From Limnobacter sp. (GTDB lineage: Bacteria > Pseudomonadota > Gammaproteobacteria > Burkholderiales > Burkholderiaceae_B), in assembly GCF_036405155.1 (NCBI RefSeq), contig NZ_DASWYD010000010.1, forward strand, positions 53,118 through 117,117: DNA of 64,000 nucleotides. The letters run 5' to 3'. Below, one piece after another: positions 1-9,937 of this stretch. The stretch's first letter is position 1, and each line of letters begins with the position of its first letter. The translations under genes and the position numbers were made by a program. The notes beneath the pieces were generated by a model. That model searched no databases. It had not been told where the DNA came from and saw only the letters and a program-made list of their open reading frames with translations.

Positions 1-70
1 GTGGGCTGTTTGACATCAGCGTTCCGCCAGAGGGCATCACCCCCTATTCGCGGTTCTGAATGGGGTTGGC

Positions 71-1462
71 ATGATTCAAAACACCGACGCCGGCGTGTAT
101 GCGATCCGATCTGCCAATGCGCAGGGCACTGCCCAGGGCATGGTGCAGGGGTGGTTGCGGCAAGACCCGGACTTTGGGGCCATTCGGGGTTGCCTGTGGA
201 TGACAGCCAGCCCGCAAGGCCGTGTGCGCAGCTTCCTGCAGCCTTACCTGCAGAAACGCTCGTCAGCACCCAAGGGACTGGATGTGGTGTCGGTTCGGCA
301 TCTGCTGGCCCGGGAAGGCGGCGAGGAAGGGGTCAAGCAACTGTGTCGGTCCTTGAACAGCCTGGTGGTGCTCAAACCCGGCCTGGTCATTCTGGAACAC
401 CCAGACTTGTGGTTTGACCATGGGGACGCAGAATTGTCAGCCTTGAACCCGCTGTTTCAGATGCGGTTGATGCAGCGCTGGGCACGGTATGCCCACTGCA
501 AGGTGCTGTTGTGCATTGAAGGAGAAATCCCCCATTGGTGCGCCTTCGCCGATGGCTTGGCCGAGCTGGATGAACGCGGCGAACCCGAGTTTTTGCCTTG
601 GTGGCCGGTGGGCAAAGGCGCATTTCAATCCGCCCTTTGGAACCCCAATGAACACACCGCTGAGCTGGCCTGTGTGGTGGTTCGGGAACAGGACTGTGGC
701 AGTCTTCAGCAATTGGGGCACACCGTACACAGCGCTCGTTTTAATGCAGACAGCCCCTTGCGCATTTTGGTGCAACTGAACAACCCTGACACCTTGACCG
801 ATGCATCGGTGTTGTTGAGGTTGGGGGCTGATGAGGTCACACTGCCAGCCCAGGCCAACAACCTGCAGCCCGTGACAGGCGCCGTGATGACCCCGGCGTT
901 GATTGACGATACCCAAGGCTCGTTGTTCAGTCGGGATCTGCACGAAATTTTCATGCCGGGCCAGTTGTCCCTGTTGTCCAACCATGCATTTGCGCGGTTG
1001 GGCCTCATGATGCTGGGCGTGGCCAGCCATTGGGACATGCAGTGCACCATCACGCGCCTGTCGCTGCAAGGACACATCACAGCCCAAACAGCCATGAAGC
1101 TGGTCAATTTCGGTGAAGCGGCCTGCATGTTCACTGCAACCCGAGAGGCCATTTATCTGATGAAATTGTGGTCTCAGACTCCGACCGATACGCATTTGAG
1201 CGAATGGCTGGACCAATGCTTTCGAGAGCGAATTCCAGTGATTGCCAGCGGGCATGTGCACGTGGTGGACGCAACAAGCCAAGCCGACTTGCTGGCAGAC
1301 CTGGAGGGTGAGCTGGAACCCATTGCGCCGGAAATGCTGATGACCGACGCACTGAATACCCCCGAGCAATTGGCCGAGGTGTGGTCTGACACGAACAACA
1401 TCCACAACAATCGCCCTTGGGGGCAACGCATGCTGTATTGGTCGCAGGAACAGGTGAAGTGA
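71..1462 (+). CDS. bcsE: BcsE-like cellulose biosynthesis protein (putative c-di-GMP-binding GIL-type)
   Basis: 463-aa ORF directly upstream of bcsF-like, bcsQ and bcsA; its stop overlaps the next start by 1 nt. Segments such as RILVQLNNPDTLTDASVLLRLGADEV and ACMFTATREAIYLMKLW resemble the central and C-terminal parts of enterobacterial BcsE as I recall them. An in-frame stop at 11-13 prevents upstream extension, so the N-terminus is shorter than in E. coli BcsE. Confidence 0.5.
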   Translation: MIQNTDAGVYAIRSANAQGTAQGMVQGWLRQDPDFGAIRGCLWMTASPQGRVRSFLQPYLQKRSSAPKGLDVVSVRHLLAREGGEEGVKQLCRSLNSLVVLKPGLVILEHPDLWFDHGDAELSALNPLFQMRLMQRWARYAHCKVLLCIEGEIPHWCAFADGLAELDERGEPEFLPWWPVGKGAFQSALWNPNEHTAELACVVVREQDCGSLQQLGHTVHSARFNADSPLRILVQLNNPDTLTDASVLLRLGADEVTLPAQANNLQPVTGAVMTPALIDDTQGSLFSRDLHEIFMPGQLSLLSNHAFARLGLMMLGVASHWDMQCTITRLSLQGHITAQTAMKLVNFGEAACMFTATREAIYLMKLWSQTPTDTHLSEWLDQCFRERIPVIASGHVHVVDATSQADLLADLEGELEPIAPEMLMTDALNTPEQLAEVWSDTNNIHNNRPWGQRMLYWSQEQVK

Positions 1463-1674
1463 TGATGAATTGGTTGATATTGGGTGCAATCGGCCTGCTG
1501 GCGGGCATCCTGTTCTCCGTGTGGCTGATTAACCGCTTGCTCAAAGTACCCACTGCACGGGTCTGGCTGTCCGATTGGGCCAACTGGAGCAACAACCAAA
1601 TTCCCGATGGCTGCTATCAAATGGTTCGGCATGGCAAATGGGTTGCCCATGCGGACCACAGCGAGGACACATGA
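1462..1674 (+). CDS. small single-pass membrane protein, BcsF-like by size and position
   Basis: Internal ATG of ORF 1417..1674 gives a 70-aa product, MMNWLILGAIGLLAGILFSVWLINRLL..., with one N-terminal TM helix. It overlaps the bcsE-like stop (TGATG) and the bcsQ start (ATGA). The position between bcsE and the other bcs genes matches bcsF. Confidence 0.4.
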   Translation: MMNWLILGAIGLLAGILFSVWLINRLLKVPTARVWLSDWANWSNNQIPDGCYQMVRHGKWVAHADHSEDT

Positions 1675-2408
1675 TCACGATCGCCCTGATTTCCAGCATT
1701 GGCGGCGCAGGCAGGACCAGCCTGGCCACGGCGCTGGCTCACCACATGAGCCTGCTGGGCCGGTCCGTACGCTTGGTTCAACTCGACCCCAAGAACAACC
1801 TGCCTTTTCAGCTGGGCTTGAATTCACCCGCCGAGCGGGGCGTTTTTCAAGCCGTGCAGCACCAGCTGTCCATGCTGGACATTCAATTGCCGGTGGATGC
1901 ACCGTTTCAGGCCTGCGCATTCGGCAACACCACGTTGTCGCAGCTGTGCAGTTTTGAACACCAGTTGGTTGACAACCCCCAAAGCCTGACCACCGCCCTG
2001 TTTCGCGACACCCAGGCTGGTGTGATTCAATTGCTGGACCTGCCGGCCTGGCCCAGCGCGATGGCCAATGCAGCGCTGTCATTCACAGACTTGAACCTGG
2101 TTTTGTTGACACCCGACACCCATTCCGTGCTGGGCATCGACCCTTTGCTGCCGCATTTGCTGCGCAGCCGCGGCGCATCGTATTTTTTGATGAACCGGTT
2201 TGACTCCACCAAAGTGCTGCACCTGGACCTGTGGACCCTGTGCAAAACCAAGCTTGGGCACCGCCTGCTGCCGTTCTATCTGCACGAAGACCAAAGCCTG
2301 CCCGAGAGCACGGCCGCTGGCACACCGCTGGGAGCATACGCGCCAAAGTCGCAGTTGCTGGAAGATCACCAGAAACTGGCCAACTGGATTGACGCGGAGT
2401 TGACATGA
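1671..2408 (+). CDS. bcsQ: cellulose synthase operon protein BcsQ (MinD/ParA-family ATPase)
   Basis: Internal ATG at 1671 gives MITIALISSIGGAGRTSLATALAHH..., a deviant Walker A typical of BcsQ/YhjQ. ATGA overlap with the bcsA start. Confidence 0.8.
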   Translation: MITIALISSIGGAGRTSLATALAHHMSLLGRSVRLVQLDPKNNLPFQLGLNSPAERGVFQAVQHQLSMLDIQLPVDAPFQACAFGNTTLSQLCSFEHQLVDNPQSLTTALFRDTQAGVIQLLDLPAWPSAMANAALSFTDLNLVLLTPDTHSVLGIDPLLPHLLRSRGASYFLMNRFDSTKVLHLDLWTLCKTKLGHRLLPFYLHEDQSLPESTAAGTPLGAYAPKSQLLEDHQKLANWIDAELT

Positions 2409-4906
2409 GCGCCGCGCACACCGCCCTGGAACGCGTCCTGGTCCGCATCGAACTGTTGCTGGACCTGCGGACCTATCCCAATCTGGGCTTGTTCCAGCGT
2501 TTCAAACGGATTTTTTTGTCGATGTGGCTTCGCCCGGACAGCCTCAATGCACTGTCCAGCGACGCCAGTAACCCCTCAAGGCAGTCTGCAGTTGGCTTGA
2601 TTGGGCGAATGGTCGGCGCGGCGGTGCACGATCTGTTTTACCCGGTGATTTGGCTCTACAACACGCTGCTTCGCCAACCTTACCGTATTGCCCGCAACCG
2701 CACCGGCAAGGGTGTCGACCGCCTGGCCCAAACCATTCAACTGGAACGCCGGGTGAACAACATCAGTGCCGTGGTGCAAGCATCACGCCCCATTCGCTGG
2801 CTGTTGGGTTTTACAGCGTTGGTGTCTTTCCTCTTCACGGCCCAGGCCTCATTGCCCATTGCCGGGCAGTGGATGTTCATTCTGGTGTGCTATTTGCTGG
2901 CCATGGCCTTCAAGCGCTTGCCCGAACGCTTTTCACACCTGTGCCTGATGGCACTGACGATTTTGGTCTTGGCCCGGTATGTGTTTTGGCGCTTCACCAG
3001 TTCGCTCGACCTGAACAGCGGTATTGAACTGTTTCTGGGCTACACCCTGGTGGTGGCTGAAGCCTACACTTGGCTCATTCTGATTTTCGGATTCATTCAA
3101 ACCGCATGGCCACTGAAGCGTCGGCCTTTGCCCTTGGACCTGAATTTCGCCGAATGGCCCACCGTCGATATTTACATTCCCACCTACAACGAACCGCTAT
3201 CGGTGGTTCGGCCCACGGTCTACGCCGCCAAGGGCATCGACTGGCCAGTGGACAAGGTGACGGTGTACATTCTGGACGACGGCCACCGCCCCGCCTTTGA
3301 AGAATTCGCACGACAGGCAGGCGTGGAGTACATTTCGCGGCCCGACAACTCGCACGCCAAGGCTGGCAACATCAACTATGCGCTGCGCCAAACCCATGGC
3401 CAGTACATTGCGATTTTTGACTGCGACCACATTCCCACCCGTTCATTTCTGCAAACCAGCATGGGTTGGTTCCGCCGCGACCCCAAGTGCGTGCTGGTGC
3501 AAACACCGCACCACTTTTTCTCGGCCGACCCATTTGAACGCAACTTCAACTTTTTCCGGCAAATGCCCAATGAGGGCTCGCTGTTCTATGGCCTGATTCA
3601 GGATGGCAACGACTACTGGAATGCCTCATTTTTCTGCGGCAGCTGTGCCGTGATTGAGCGCAAAGCCCTGTTGGAAGTCGGTGGCATTGCGGTCGAAACG
3701 GTCACGGAAGATGCGCACACCGCACTCAAGTTGCACTCACTGGGTTATCACAGTGTGTACCTGAACAACATTCAGGCAGCAGGCCTGGCGACCGAGACCC
3801 TGGCCGGGCACATCGGTCAGCGCATCCGCTGGGCGCGGGGCATGGCGCAAATTTTCCGGCTGGACAACCCGATGTTCAAGAAGGGGCTCAGCTTCTTCCA
3901 GCGCATTTGTTATTCCAATGCCATGTTGCATTTCTTCTATGGCATTCCCCGGCTGATCTTCCTCATCATGCCGCTGGCCTATTTGTTCTTCGAGTTTCAC
4001 CTCATCAACTCGGCCGCGTTGACCATTCTCAGCTACGCGTTGCCACAGCTGATGATTGCCAGTTACACCAACTCCATCATTCAGGGCAAATACCGCCGCA
4101 GCTTCTGGTCGGAGGTGTATGAAACCGTGCTGTCGTATTACATTGTGCTGCCCACCACCCTGGCATTCATTAACCCTCGCTTGGGCAAGTTCAACGTGAC
4201 GGCCAAGGGTGGCCTCATCGACAAAAGTTATTTTGATGCCAACATTGCCAAGCCTTACCTCATTCTGCTGCTGGTCAATTTGATTGGTTTCGCGGTTGGC
4301 CTTGGCCGCCTGTTTTTCTTCAACACCCATGAAGTGGGCACCGTGCTCATGAACCTGCTGTGGTGCGGCTTTAACCTGGCCATTTTGGGCGCAGCGGTCG
4401 GTGTGGCCACCGAGTCCATTCAAAAGCATGTGCACCACCGGGTCCGCATGATCATGCCTGCATTCCTGCGTCTGCCAGGTGGCTACACATTGAGTTGCCA
4501 CACCGAAGAATATTCAGCGGCGGGCCTCACACTGGCCGTGGGCGAAACTGCAGGGCTGCGGGCGTTCAGCGACGTGCAGGTGGGCCTGCACCGTGGTGAC
4601 CGGGAATTTTTATTCCCGGCCAAATTGATCCCTGTGGATGCGGAGCGTGTGGAAGCACAGTTCAGCAACCTCACCCCCGAACAGGAGGCCCAACTCATTC
4701 AGTGCACCTTTGGCCGTGCCGATGCCTGGTTGAACTGGCAGGAAGACGAAACACGGGACCGTGCCTTGGGTGGCCTGAAAGACGTGCTCAAAAAAGGTGG
4801 CATAGGCTATGTGCGCCTGTTTGCCTGGCTCAACGAGATTGCCCGGGCGGTGACCAACCGCCTGCTGGGCAACCAAGACCAGGCCGAAAACTGGGAGCGA
4901 CGCTGA
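2405..4906 (+). CDS. bcsA: cellulose synthase catalytic subunit BcsA (GT2 with C-terminal PilZ domain)
   Basis: 833 aa and multi-TM. Carries the GT2 motifs DCDH, QTPHHF, TEDAHT and QRIRWARG (QxxRW). The C-terminal PilZ-like region has HHRVR followed by a beta-rich segment. Confidence 0.95.
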   Translation: MSAAHTALERVLVRIELLLDLRTYPNLGLFQRFKRIFLSMWLRPDSLNALSSDASNPSRQSAVGLIGRMVGAAVHDLFYPVIWLYNTLLRQPYRIARNRTGKGVDRLAQTIQLERRVNNISAVVQASRPIRWLLGFTALVSFLFTAQASLPIAGQWMFILVCYLLAMAFKRLPERFSHLCLMALTILVLARYVFWRFTSSLDLNSGIELFLGYTLVVAEAYTWLILIFGFIQTAWPLKRRPLPLDLNFAEWPTVDIYIPTYNEPLSVVRPTVYAAKGIDWPVDKVTVYILDDGHRPAFEEFARQAGVEYISRPDNSHAKAGNINYALRQTHGQYIAIFDCDHIPTRSFLQTSMGWFRRDPKCVLVQTPHHFFSADPFERNFNFFRQMPNEGSLFYGLIQDGNDYWNASFFCGSCAVIERKALLEVGGIAVETVTEDAHTALKLHSLGYHSVYLNNIQAAGLATETLAGHIGQRIRWARGMAQIFRLDNPMFKKGLSFFQRICYSNAMLHFFYGIPRLIFLIMPLAYLFFEFHLINSAALTILSYALPQLMIASYTNSIIQGKYRRSFWSEVYETVLSYYIVLPTTLAFINPRLGKFNVTAKGGLIDKSYFDANIAKPYLILLLVNLIGFAVGLGRLFFFNTHEVGTVLMNLLWCGFNLAILGAAVGVATESIQKHVHHRVRMIMPAFLRLPGGYTLSCHTEEYSAAGLTLAVGETAGLRAFSDVQVGLHRGDREFLFPAKLIPVDAERVEAQFSNLTPEQEAQLIQCTFGRADAWLNWQEDETRDRALGGLKDVLKKGGIGYVRLFAWLNEIARAVTNRLLGNQDQAENWERR

Positions 4907-6640
4907 ATGCTGCCCTGGAACCTCTACTTTCTGATCAAGCTGGGCCTGTACCTGGGCGGTGTGGCGCAACTGGAAGGTTGGATGAACCTCGCCTTGTTTG
5001 CCGGACTGGTGTTGACCAACCCGGTGAAGCGGTTTGCGGGCCGCTGGGCAGGCTTGCTGCGAGACCTCCTCTTCGCTGGCCCGGCCATTGCGCTGCTGCT
5101 GCATGAACTGGGGCTGGTGGTGTCGTGGGCCCTGCTGGATCAAATTCGGCAACTGTTTGGTTTTTCGCTGGGCTATTTGTGGGAACTGGTTCGCCGGTCG
5201 ATTGCCCCCTGGATGCTGTGGAGCGCCCTGGGAGCCTACCTGACCGTGCGCGTGCTGGACCGCTACCTGCGCACCAGCACCTGGGTTTTTTCTGCGTTGG
5301 TGGCGGTTAGTGCATACCAATTGGCATGGCTGGGGCACGATGGCGACAACGACACCGACGATGAGCAAGCCGTGAAGGCAGGCAGCTGGCTGGCCCGAGA
5401 AAATCTGTCACCCGCCGAACTGCTGGCCTTGGGACAAGTGGATTACCAGCGTCTCAAAGTGGCTCGGCACGAAGAACGCATCGCTAAAATCCGGGACAGT
5501 GCCAACAACACCGATGGACCCGACGCCATTTTGAACGGCTTTTTTGAACGGCAAAAAGCCTTGCTACCCGCTGCACTGCATGCCACACCGGTGCCACCCG
5601 ACTTCGACCTGGTCTTCCTGCAAATCTGCTCACTGTCGTGGGCAGACATGCAAGTGGCCCGGCAAACCCAGCACCCGGCTTTGCGCAATGCCGATTTTGT
5701 GTTCGAGAACTTCAACTCCGCCACCAGCTATTCAGGGCCGGCCGCCATTCGCCTGCTGCGCGGCCGCTGTGGCCAACCACGCCACGACGCCCTGTACCAA
5801 CCCACCGAAGACAGTTGCTACCTGTTTGGCCAGCTTCACAACGCCGGGTTCTCGATTGAAGTGGGCTTTAACCACAACGCCCTGTTTGAGAACTTCAGCA
5901 AGCTGGTGTTGAACAACCTGGGCAGCCAGGCCGACCAGCCAGTGCCCTACAACAGCGTGCCCACCGGGGTGGTGGCGTTTGATGGCAGCAGTGTGGGACG
6001 GGATGGCGACTACCTGCGCACCTGGTGGATGAAACGCCAGGAAAGCGGCAAGCCGGCTGTGGCGCTGTATTACAACACCATCACGCTGCACGACGGCAAC
6101 CGCATTCCGGGCAACGACCAAAACAGCCTGGCCACCTACCCGCTGCGGCTGGAGCGCCTCTTGAACGACATTCAAAGTGTGGTGGGGGACATCCGCAAAA
6201 GTGGACGAAAGGCACTGGTGATGGTGGTGCCGGAACACGGCGCTGGTTTGTCGGGCGAGTACGGCCAACTGGTGGGGCTGCGTGAATTGCCCACCCCTGC
6301 CATCACCAAAGTACCCGTGTTTGGTTATTGGGTTGGCCCCAAAACAGGGGGTGACATTCCCCAAAAAACAGCCGACCCCGCAGCCCCGAGAGGGCCTGCG
6401 CTGGTGCGCCAACCGTCCAGCTACACGGCGCTGAGCGAGCTGGTGAACCGCTGGGTGAACGCCACACCGGAACAACGGCAAAACCCCAACTGGACCACAT
6501 TGACAGCCGACTTGCCGACCACACGACTGGTGTCCCAACAGGGCAACATCACCGTGATGGAGAGCAAGGATGCGTACTGGCTGAAAGCGCCGGGTGTTGA
6601 GTGGCGCACACTGGGCCCGGTCAACAAGCTCACGCCGTGA
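4907..6640 (+). CDS. bcsG: cellulose phosphoethanolamine transferase BcsG
   Basis: 577 aa. The N-terminal TM region MLPWNLYFLIKLGLYLGG and the block FENFNSATSYSGPAAIRLLRGRCGQPRHDALYQPTEDSCYLF closely match E. coli BcsG as recalled (FKNFNSATSYSGPAAIRLLRASCGQ...). Also has VVPEHG. The start abuts the bcsA stop (TGAATG). Confidence 0.9.
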   Translation: MLPWNLYFLIKLGLYLGGVAQLEGWMNLALFAGLVLTNPVKRFAGRWAGLLRDLLFAGPAIALLLHELGLVVSWALLDQIRQLFGFSLGYLWELVRRSIAPWMLWSALGAYLTVRVLDRYLRTSTWVFSALVAVSAYQLAWLGHDGDNDTDDEQAVKAGSWLARENLSPAELLALGQVDYQRLKVARHEERIAKIRDSANNTDGPDAILNGFFERQKALLPAALHATPVPPDFDLVFLQICSLSWADMQVARQTQHPALRNADFVFENFNSATSYSGPAAIRLLRGRCGQPRHDALYQPTEDSCYLFGQLHNAGFSIEVGFNHNALFENFSKLVLNNLGSQADQPVPYNSVPTGVVAFDGSSVGRDGDYLRTWWMKRQESGKPAVALYYNTITLHDGNRIPGNDQNSLATYPLRLERLLNDIQSVVGDIRKSGRKALVMVVPEHGAGLSGEYGQLVGLRELPTPAITKVPVFGYWVGPKTGGDIPQKTADPAAPRGPALVRQPSSYTALSELVNRWVNATPEQRQNPNWTTLTADLPTTRLVSQQGNITVMESKDAYWLKAPGVEWRTLGPVNKLTP

Positions 6641-6657
6641 GCCCGAGGAGGAACACC

Positions 6658-6861
6658 ATGGCAGAATTTGACCCCGACTCGCCGCCCGCTTTGTTCATGC
6701 CACCTGTGGACATGGCGCATGACATTTACGCGCTGTCAGCACAATTGGAAGGCTTTGACCACAACCTGTACCAAGACATTCAACAGGACCAGGCGGTGTA
6801 CGATTCGTTCCAGCGCTGGCCCTACCTGTTCACCCTGGCCCTGGCCAATCGGGACGAATAA
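6658..6861 (+). CDS. bcsR: BcsR-like small protein (DUF2629-like)
   Basis: 67-aa product from the internal ATG at 6658, preceded by GAGGAGG at 6644-6650. The C-terminal FQRWPYLF resembles the RWPLL motif of E. coli BcsR/YhjR. Confidence 0.5.
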   Translation: MAEFDPDSPPALFMPPVDMAHDIYALSAQLEGFDHNLYQDIQQDQAVYDSFQRWPYLFTLALANRDE

Positions 6862-6882
6862 GCCAGGGCGTTTGAAAGGGCA

Positions 6883-8313
6883 TCAAGCCGCTTTTTGCCG
6901 CCCCACCGGCTGGGGCACCGCGCTGGGAATGCCCGCAGCCACCTCCAGCTCGACCAAACCCTGCTCAAGGAAGTGCAGCAAGCGCTGCATGGAGGGCATG
7001 GTGCGGCGGCAGGCAATCAAACCAAATTCCAGCTTGCCGTTGTAGCTGTTGAGCGTGATGTTCAGCGCGTGGCCGTCCAGCACAATGGACACGGGGTAAA
7101 CACCGTCCACCTCGGCACCGTTGTAATACAGCGTGTGCTTGGGCCCAGGCACGTTGGAAATCACAATGTTGAAGGCCTGCAATTTGGGTGCAATGCCCGT
7201 CAGCAGGTTCACACCGCTGATGCCCATCATGGTCGCCACATAATTCATGATTTCGGTTTGCGTCATGTTGGCAAACCGTTCCTTGGAATGGTTCACCGAG
7301 CGCGAAATTTTCTCAATGCGCTCCACCGGGTCTTCGGTGTCGGTGCCCAGGTTGGCCAGCAGCAGCGCCACATGGTTGCCTGTGGCCGAATCGTCTTTGC
7401 GCAGCGACACGGGCACCATGGCCACCAACGGGCGGGCGGGCAAGGCATTCAGTTCGCTCAAGTAAGACCGCAACGCCGAACCGCACATGGCCAGCACCAC
7501 ATCGTTCAAAGTCATGTTCAGGCCTTCCGCGCAGGCCTTGATGCGCTCCATCGACCAGCTTTGCGCGGCAAACCGGCGCGATGCGGTGATGCGCCGGTTC
7601 AGCACGCTGCGCGGGGCCTGAATCACCGACACAAAGTCGGGGTCGGCAACACTGGTTTGCCACAGCGAACGCCCCACTTCCTTCAACACCTTGGGCAGGC
7701 TGCTGAGTTGCGAAGTGGCGCCTTGCAAAGCCTGGCGCGCTGCCGTCAGCAGGTTTTCGGTCGAAGCCGAACGCCCCCCTTGACTTCCATTGGGGCGCAA
7801 ATTGCCATTGGCCCAGAAAGGTGGCAAATCCATGATTTCCGCGTTCTCGGCCATGGAACGTTGCAGCATTTTCATGCAAGCCACACCATCCACCAAGGCG
7901 TGGTGCACCTTCATGTAAAACGCCACACGACCATCCTCCAGGCCATCAATCACATAGGCTTCCCACAGGGGCTTGGCCCGGTCCATCATGTTGGCATGCA
8001 GCTTGGACACCAACTCCAGCAGCTCACGAATGCGGCCCGGCTTGGGCAGCGACATGTGGATGAAATGCGCCTCCAGGTCGAAGTCTTCATCCTCGGTCCA
8101 GAACCACATGCCCAAGCGGCTCACCAAACGCTGGTTAAACGGTGCCACGGGCTGCGTATGTTCGCGCATGCCAGCCACCACCCGCGCCACATAGTCTGAT
8201 GCCTTTTCGTTCTTGGGTGGTTTGAGCAAAATCAATCCACCCACATGCATGGGTTGGTTGCGGCGCTCCAGCCACAAAAAGAGCTGGTCATTGGGGGTGA
8301 GGGCTTTCATCAT
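6883..8313 (-). CDS. wax ester synthase / diacylglycerol acyltransferase (WS/DGAT)
   Basis: N-terminus MMKALTPNDQLFLWLERRNQPMHVGGL and the catalytic HHALVDG (HHxxxDG) motif; about 476 aa. The ATG at 8313 or 8310 is preferred over the TTG at 8325. Confidence 0.85.
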   Translation of the reverse strand: MMKALTPNDQLFLWLERRNQPMHVGGLILLKPPKNEKASDYVARVVAGMREHTQPVAPFNQRLVSRLGMWFWTEDEDFDLEAHFIHMSLPKPGRIRELLELVSKLHANMMDRAKPLWEAYVIDGLEDGRVAFYMKVHHALVDGVACMKMLQRSMAENAEIMDLPPFWANGNLRPNGSQGGRSASTENLLTAARQALQGATSQLSSLPKVLKEVGRSLWQTSVADPDFVSVIQAPRSVLNRRITASRRFAAQSWSMERIKACAEGLNMTLNDVVLAMCGSALRSYLSELNALPARPLVAMVPVSLRKDDSATGNHVALLLANLGTDTEDPVERIEKISRSVNHSKERFANMTQTEIMNYVATMMGISGVNLLTGIAPKLQAFNIVISNVPGPKHTLYYNGAEVDGVYPVSIVLDGHALNITLNSYNGKLEFGLIACRRTMPSMQRLLHFLEQGLVELEVAAGIPSAVPQPVGRQKAA

Positions 8314-8403
8314 GTCTCCGCGCAAATTGTTGTCGTTGTGGTGTTCTGTTTAAACGGGTACTTCATTGGAAGGCGGTTTGGATGCAAGCCCACCCATCAA
8401 CCC

Positions 8404-9213
8404 TTAGCGAATTTGGCGCTGGGCAAACGGCATGGCGGCGGCCTCACGCTTGCTGTGCTTGGCCACCGAGATGCGCTGGTTTTTAAAGCCCAGCAATCGG
8501 CGTTGCCAGCGGCGCTCCTGCGTCAGGTTGGCACTTTGGTCGATGCCCCAAATGCGCTGTAACATGAACTTGCTCGCTGCCACCGAATCGGGCGAGCGGC
8601 TCAAAATTTCCGCAATCAAGGCATCTGCACGGGCTTGGGGGTCAGCCTCCACATGGGTGACCAAACCCAGCGTTTTTGCATCGTCGCCATTGAGCATGCG
8701 CCCTGTCATGGTCAACTCTTTGGCCACATCCAGCGGCAACAGCTCCCGCAGCAGCGCACCACCGCCCATGTCGGGCACCAAGCCCCATTTCGCCTCCAGA
8801 ATGGACAACACCGCATCGGGTTGACACACCCGAATGTCTGCACCCAAGGCCAGTTGCAAGCCCGCGCCAAAACAATTGCCGTGGATCACCGCAATCACCG
8901 GCACGCCCAAGTCGCGCCAACCGGTGCTCCAGCTTTGGAAAATGTTGCGCATGGGCAGCCACAGGTTGGCGTACATCACCGCCGCTGTTTTGGGGTCGGA
9001 AATCACCGACTTCACATCTAGACCCGCGCAAAAGGAAGGCCCTTCGCCCTTTAACACCACAGCCCGCAAGGTTTTCACAGCGGTCAAATCTTTTTGGGCC
9101 TTGCGCATGGCCTTCAGCATGGGCCAGTCCACGCCATTGTGCTTCTCGGGCCGGTTGAGCAGCACCGTTGCCACGGTGCGTTCGGCGTTAAAATTGATCA
9201 GAATTCGGTCCAT
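8404..9213 (-). CDS. enoyl-CoA hydratase/isomerase (crotonase) family protein
   Basis: 269 aa with VATVLLNRPEKHNG, FCAGLDV and GNCFGAGLQLALGADIRV, which are typical crotonase-fold motifs. Confidence 0.85.
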   Translation of the reverse strand: MDRILINFNAERTVATVLLNRPEKHNGVDWPMLKAMRKAQKDLTAVKTLRAVVLKGEGPSFCAGLDVKSVISDPKTAAVMYANLWLPMRNIFQSWSTGWRDLGVPVIAVIHGNCFGAGLQLALGADIRVCQPDAVLSILEAKWGLVPDMGGGALLRELLPLDVAKELTMTGRMLNGDDAKTLGLVTHVEADPQARADALIAEILSRSPDSVAASKFMLQRIWGIDQSANLTQERRWQRRLLGFKNQRISVAKHSKREAAAMPFAQRQIR

Positions 9214-9305
9214 GCGGCTGTTGGCTCCTCGGTTTTGTCGTAGGCTTGCTGCCCTTTGTTGTTGAGCACAGTTTAACCCCGGCCTTGCCCGCCTTCCAGC
9301 CTGTC

Positions 9306-9920
9306 ATGAAGTCACCCTTGAAACAATTTGTCACCCCGGCCAATGCCGCCAAACTGATCGCCATCCTTCTGGCCCTGGCGGGCTACTCCATCAGCCCCAT
9401 CGGTCCACTGTCGGGCGCACAGTCCCAACGCGAACAAGCCGACAAAGGCACTGTGTACGAAGGTCGGGTGGTGCGTGTGGCCGATGGCGACACGGTGAGC
9501 GTGGTGGACATGCATGGCGCCCAACACAAGGTGCGGCTGTTTGCCATTGACGCCCCAGAGTTGAAACAAGCCCACGGCAGCCAGTCTCAGGGTTGGCTTG
9601 CCGACCAGGTGTTGAACGAAACCGTGAAAGTGAAGGTGGTGGACCGCGACCGCTACGGCCGTGAAGTGGGCACCCTCTTTAAACCCGGTGAGCCTTGTGA
9701 CCAAGCCCTGTGCCCCAACGACACAGACCTGAACCTGCGACTGGTTGAAGAAGGCCACGCCTGGTGGTATCGCGATTACGCCAAACACCAAAGCCGGGAG
9801 GACCGGCAGCGGTACAATCGCGCAGAAGACAACGCCCGCGAACAGCGCCATGGGCTTTGGGCACGGCCAGAACCCCAAGCGCCTTGGGCCTGGCGCGCCG
9901 AAAACCGCCGAACCGATTGA
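9306..9920 (+). CDS. secreted thermonuclease (staphylococcal nuclease-like)
   Basis: Internal ATG gives a signal peptide, MKSPLKQFVTPANAAKLIAILLALAG. SNase motifs VADGDTV, VRLFAIDAPE, DRYGREVG and EGHAWWY are present. Confidence 0.85.
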   Translation: MKSPLKQFVTPANAAKLIAILLALAGYSISPIGPLSGAQSQREQADKGTVYEGRVVRVADGDTVSVVDMHGAQHKVRLFAIDAPELKQAHGSQSQGWLADQVLNETVKVKVVDRDRYGREVGTLFKPGEPCDQALCPNDTDLNLRLVEEGHAWWYRDYAKHQSREDRQRYNRAEDNAREQRHGLWARPEPQAPWAWRAENRRTD

Positions 9921-9937
9921 CCGTAGACCCCTTTGCC

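Noticed and set aside
1-417. 138-aa ORF starting at the first base of the window
   Set aside because: It begins at an artificial GTG at the window edge, overlaps the bcsE-like gene out of frame, and has an Arg/Gly/Pro-rich composition typical of off-frame translation of GC-rich DNA. Separately, frame 3 reads through to a TGA at 57-59 (...GLFDISVPPEGITPYSRF*). That could be the tail of an upstream gene, but 19 codons is too little to call.
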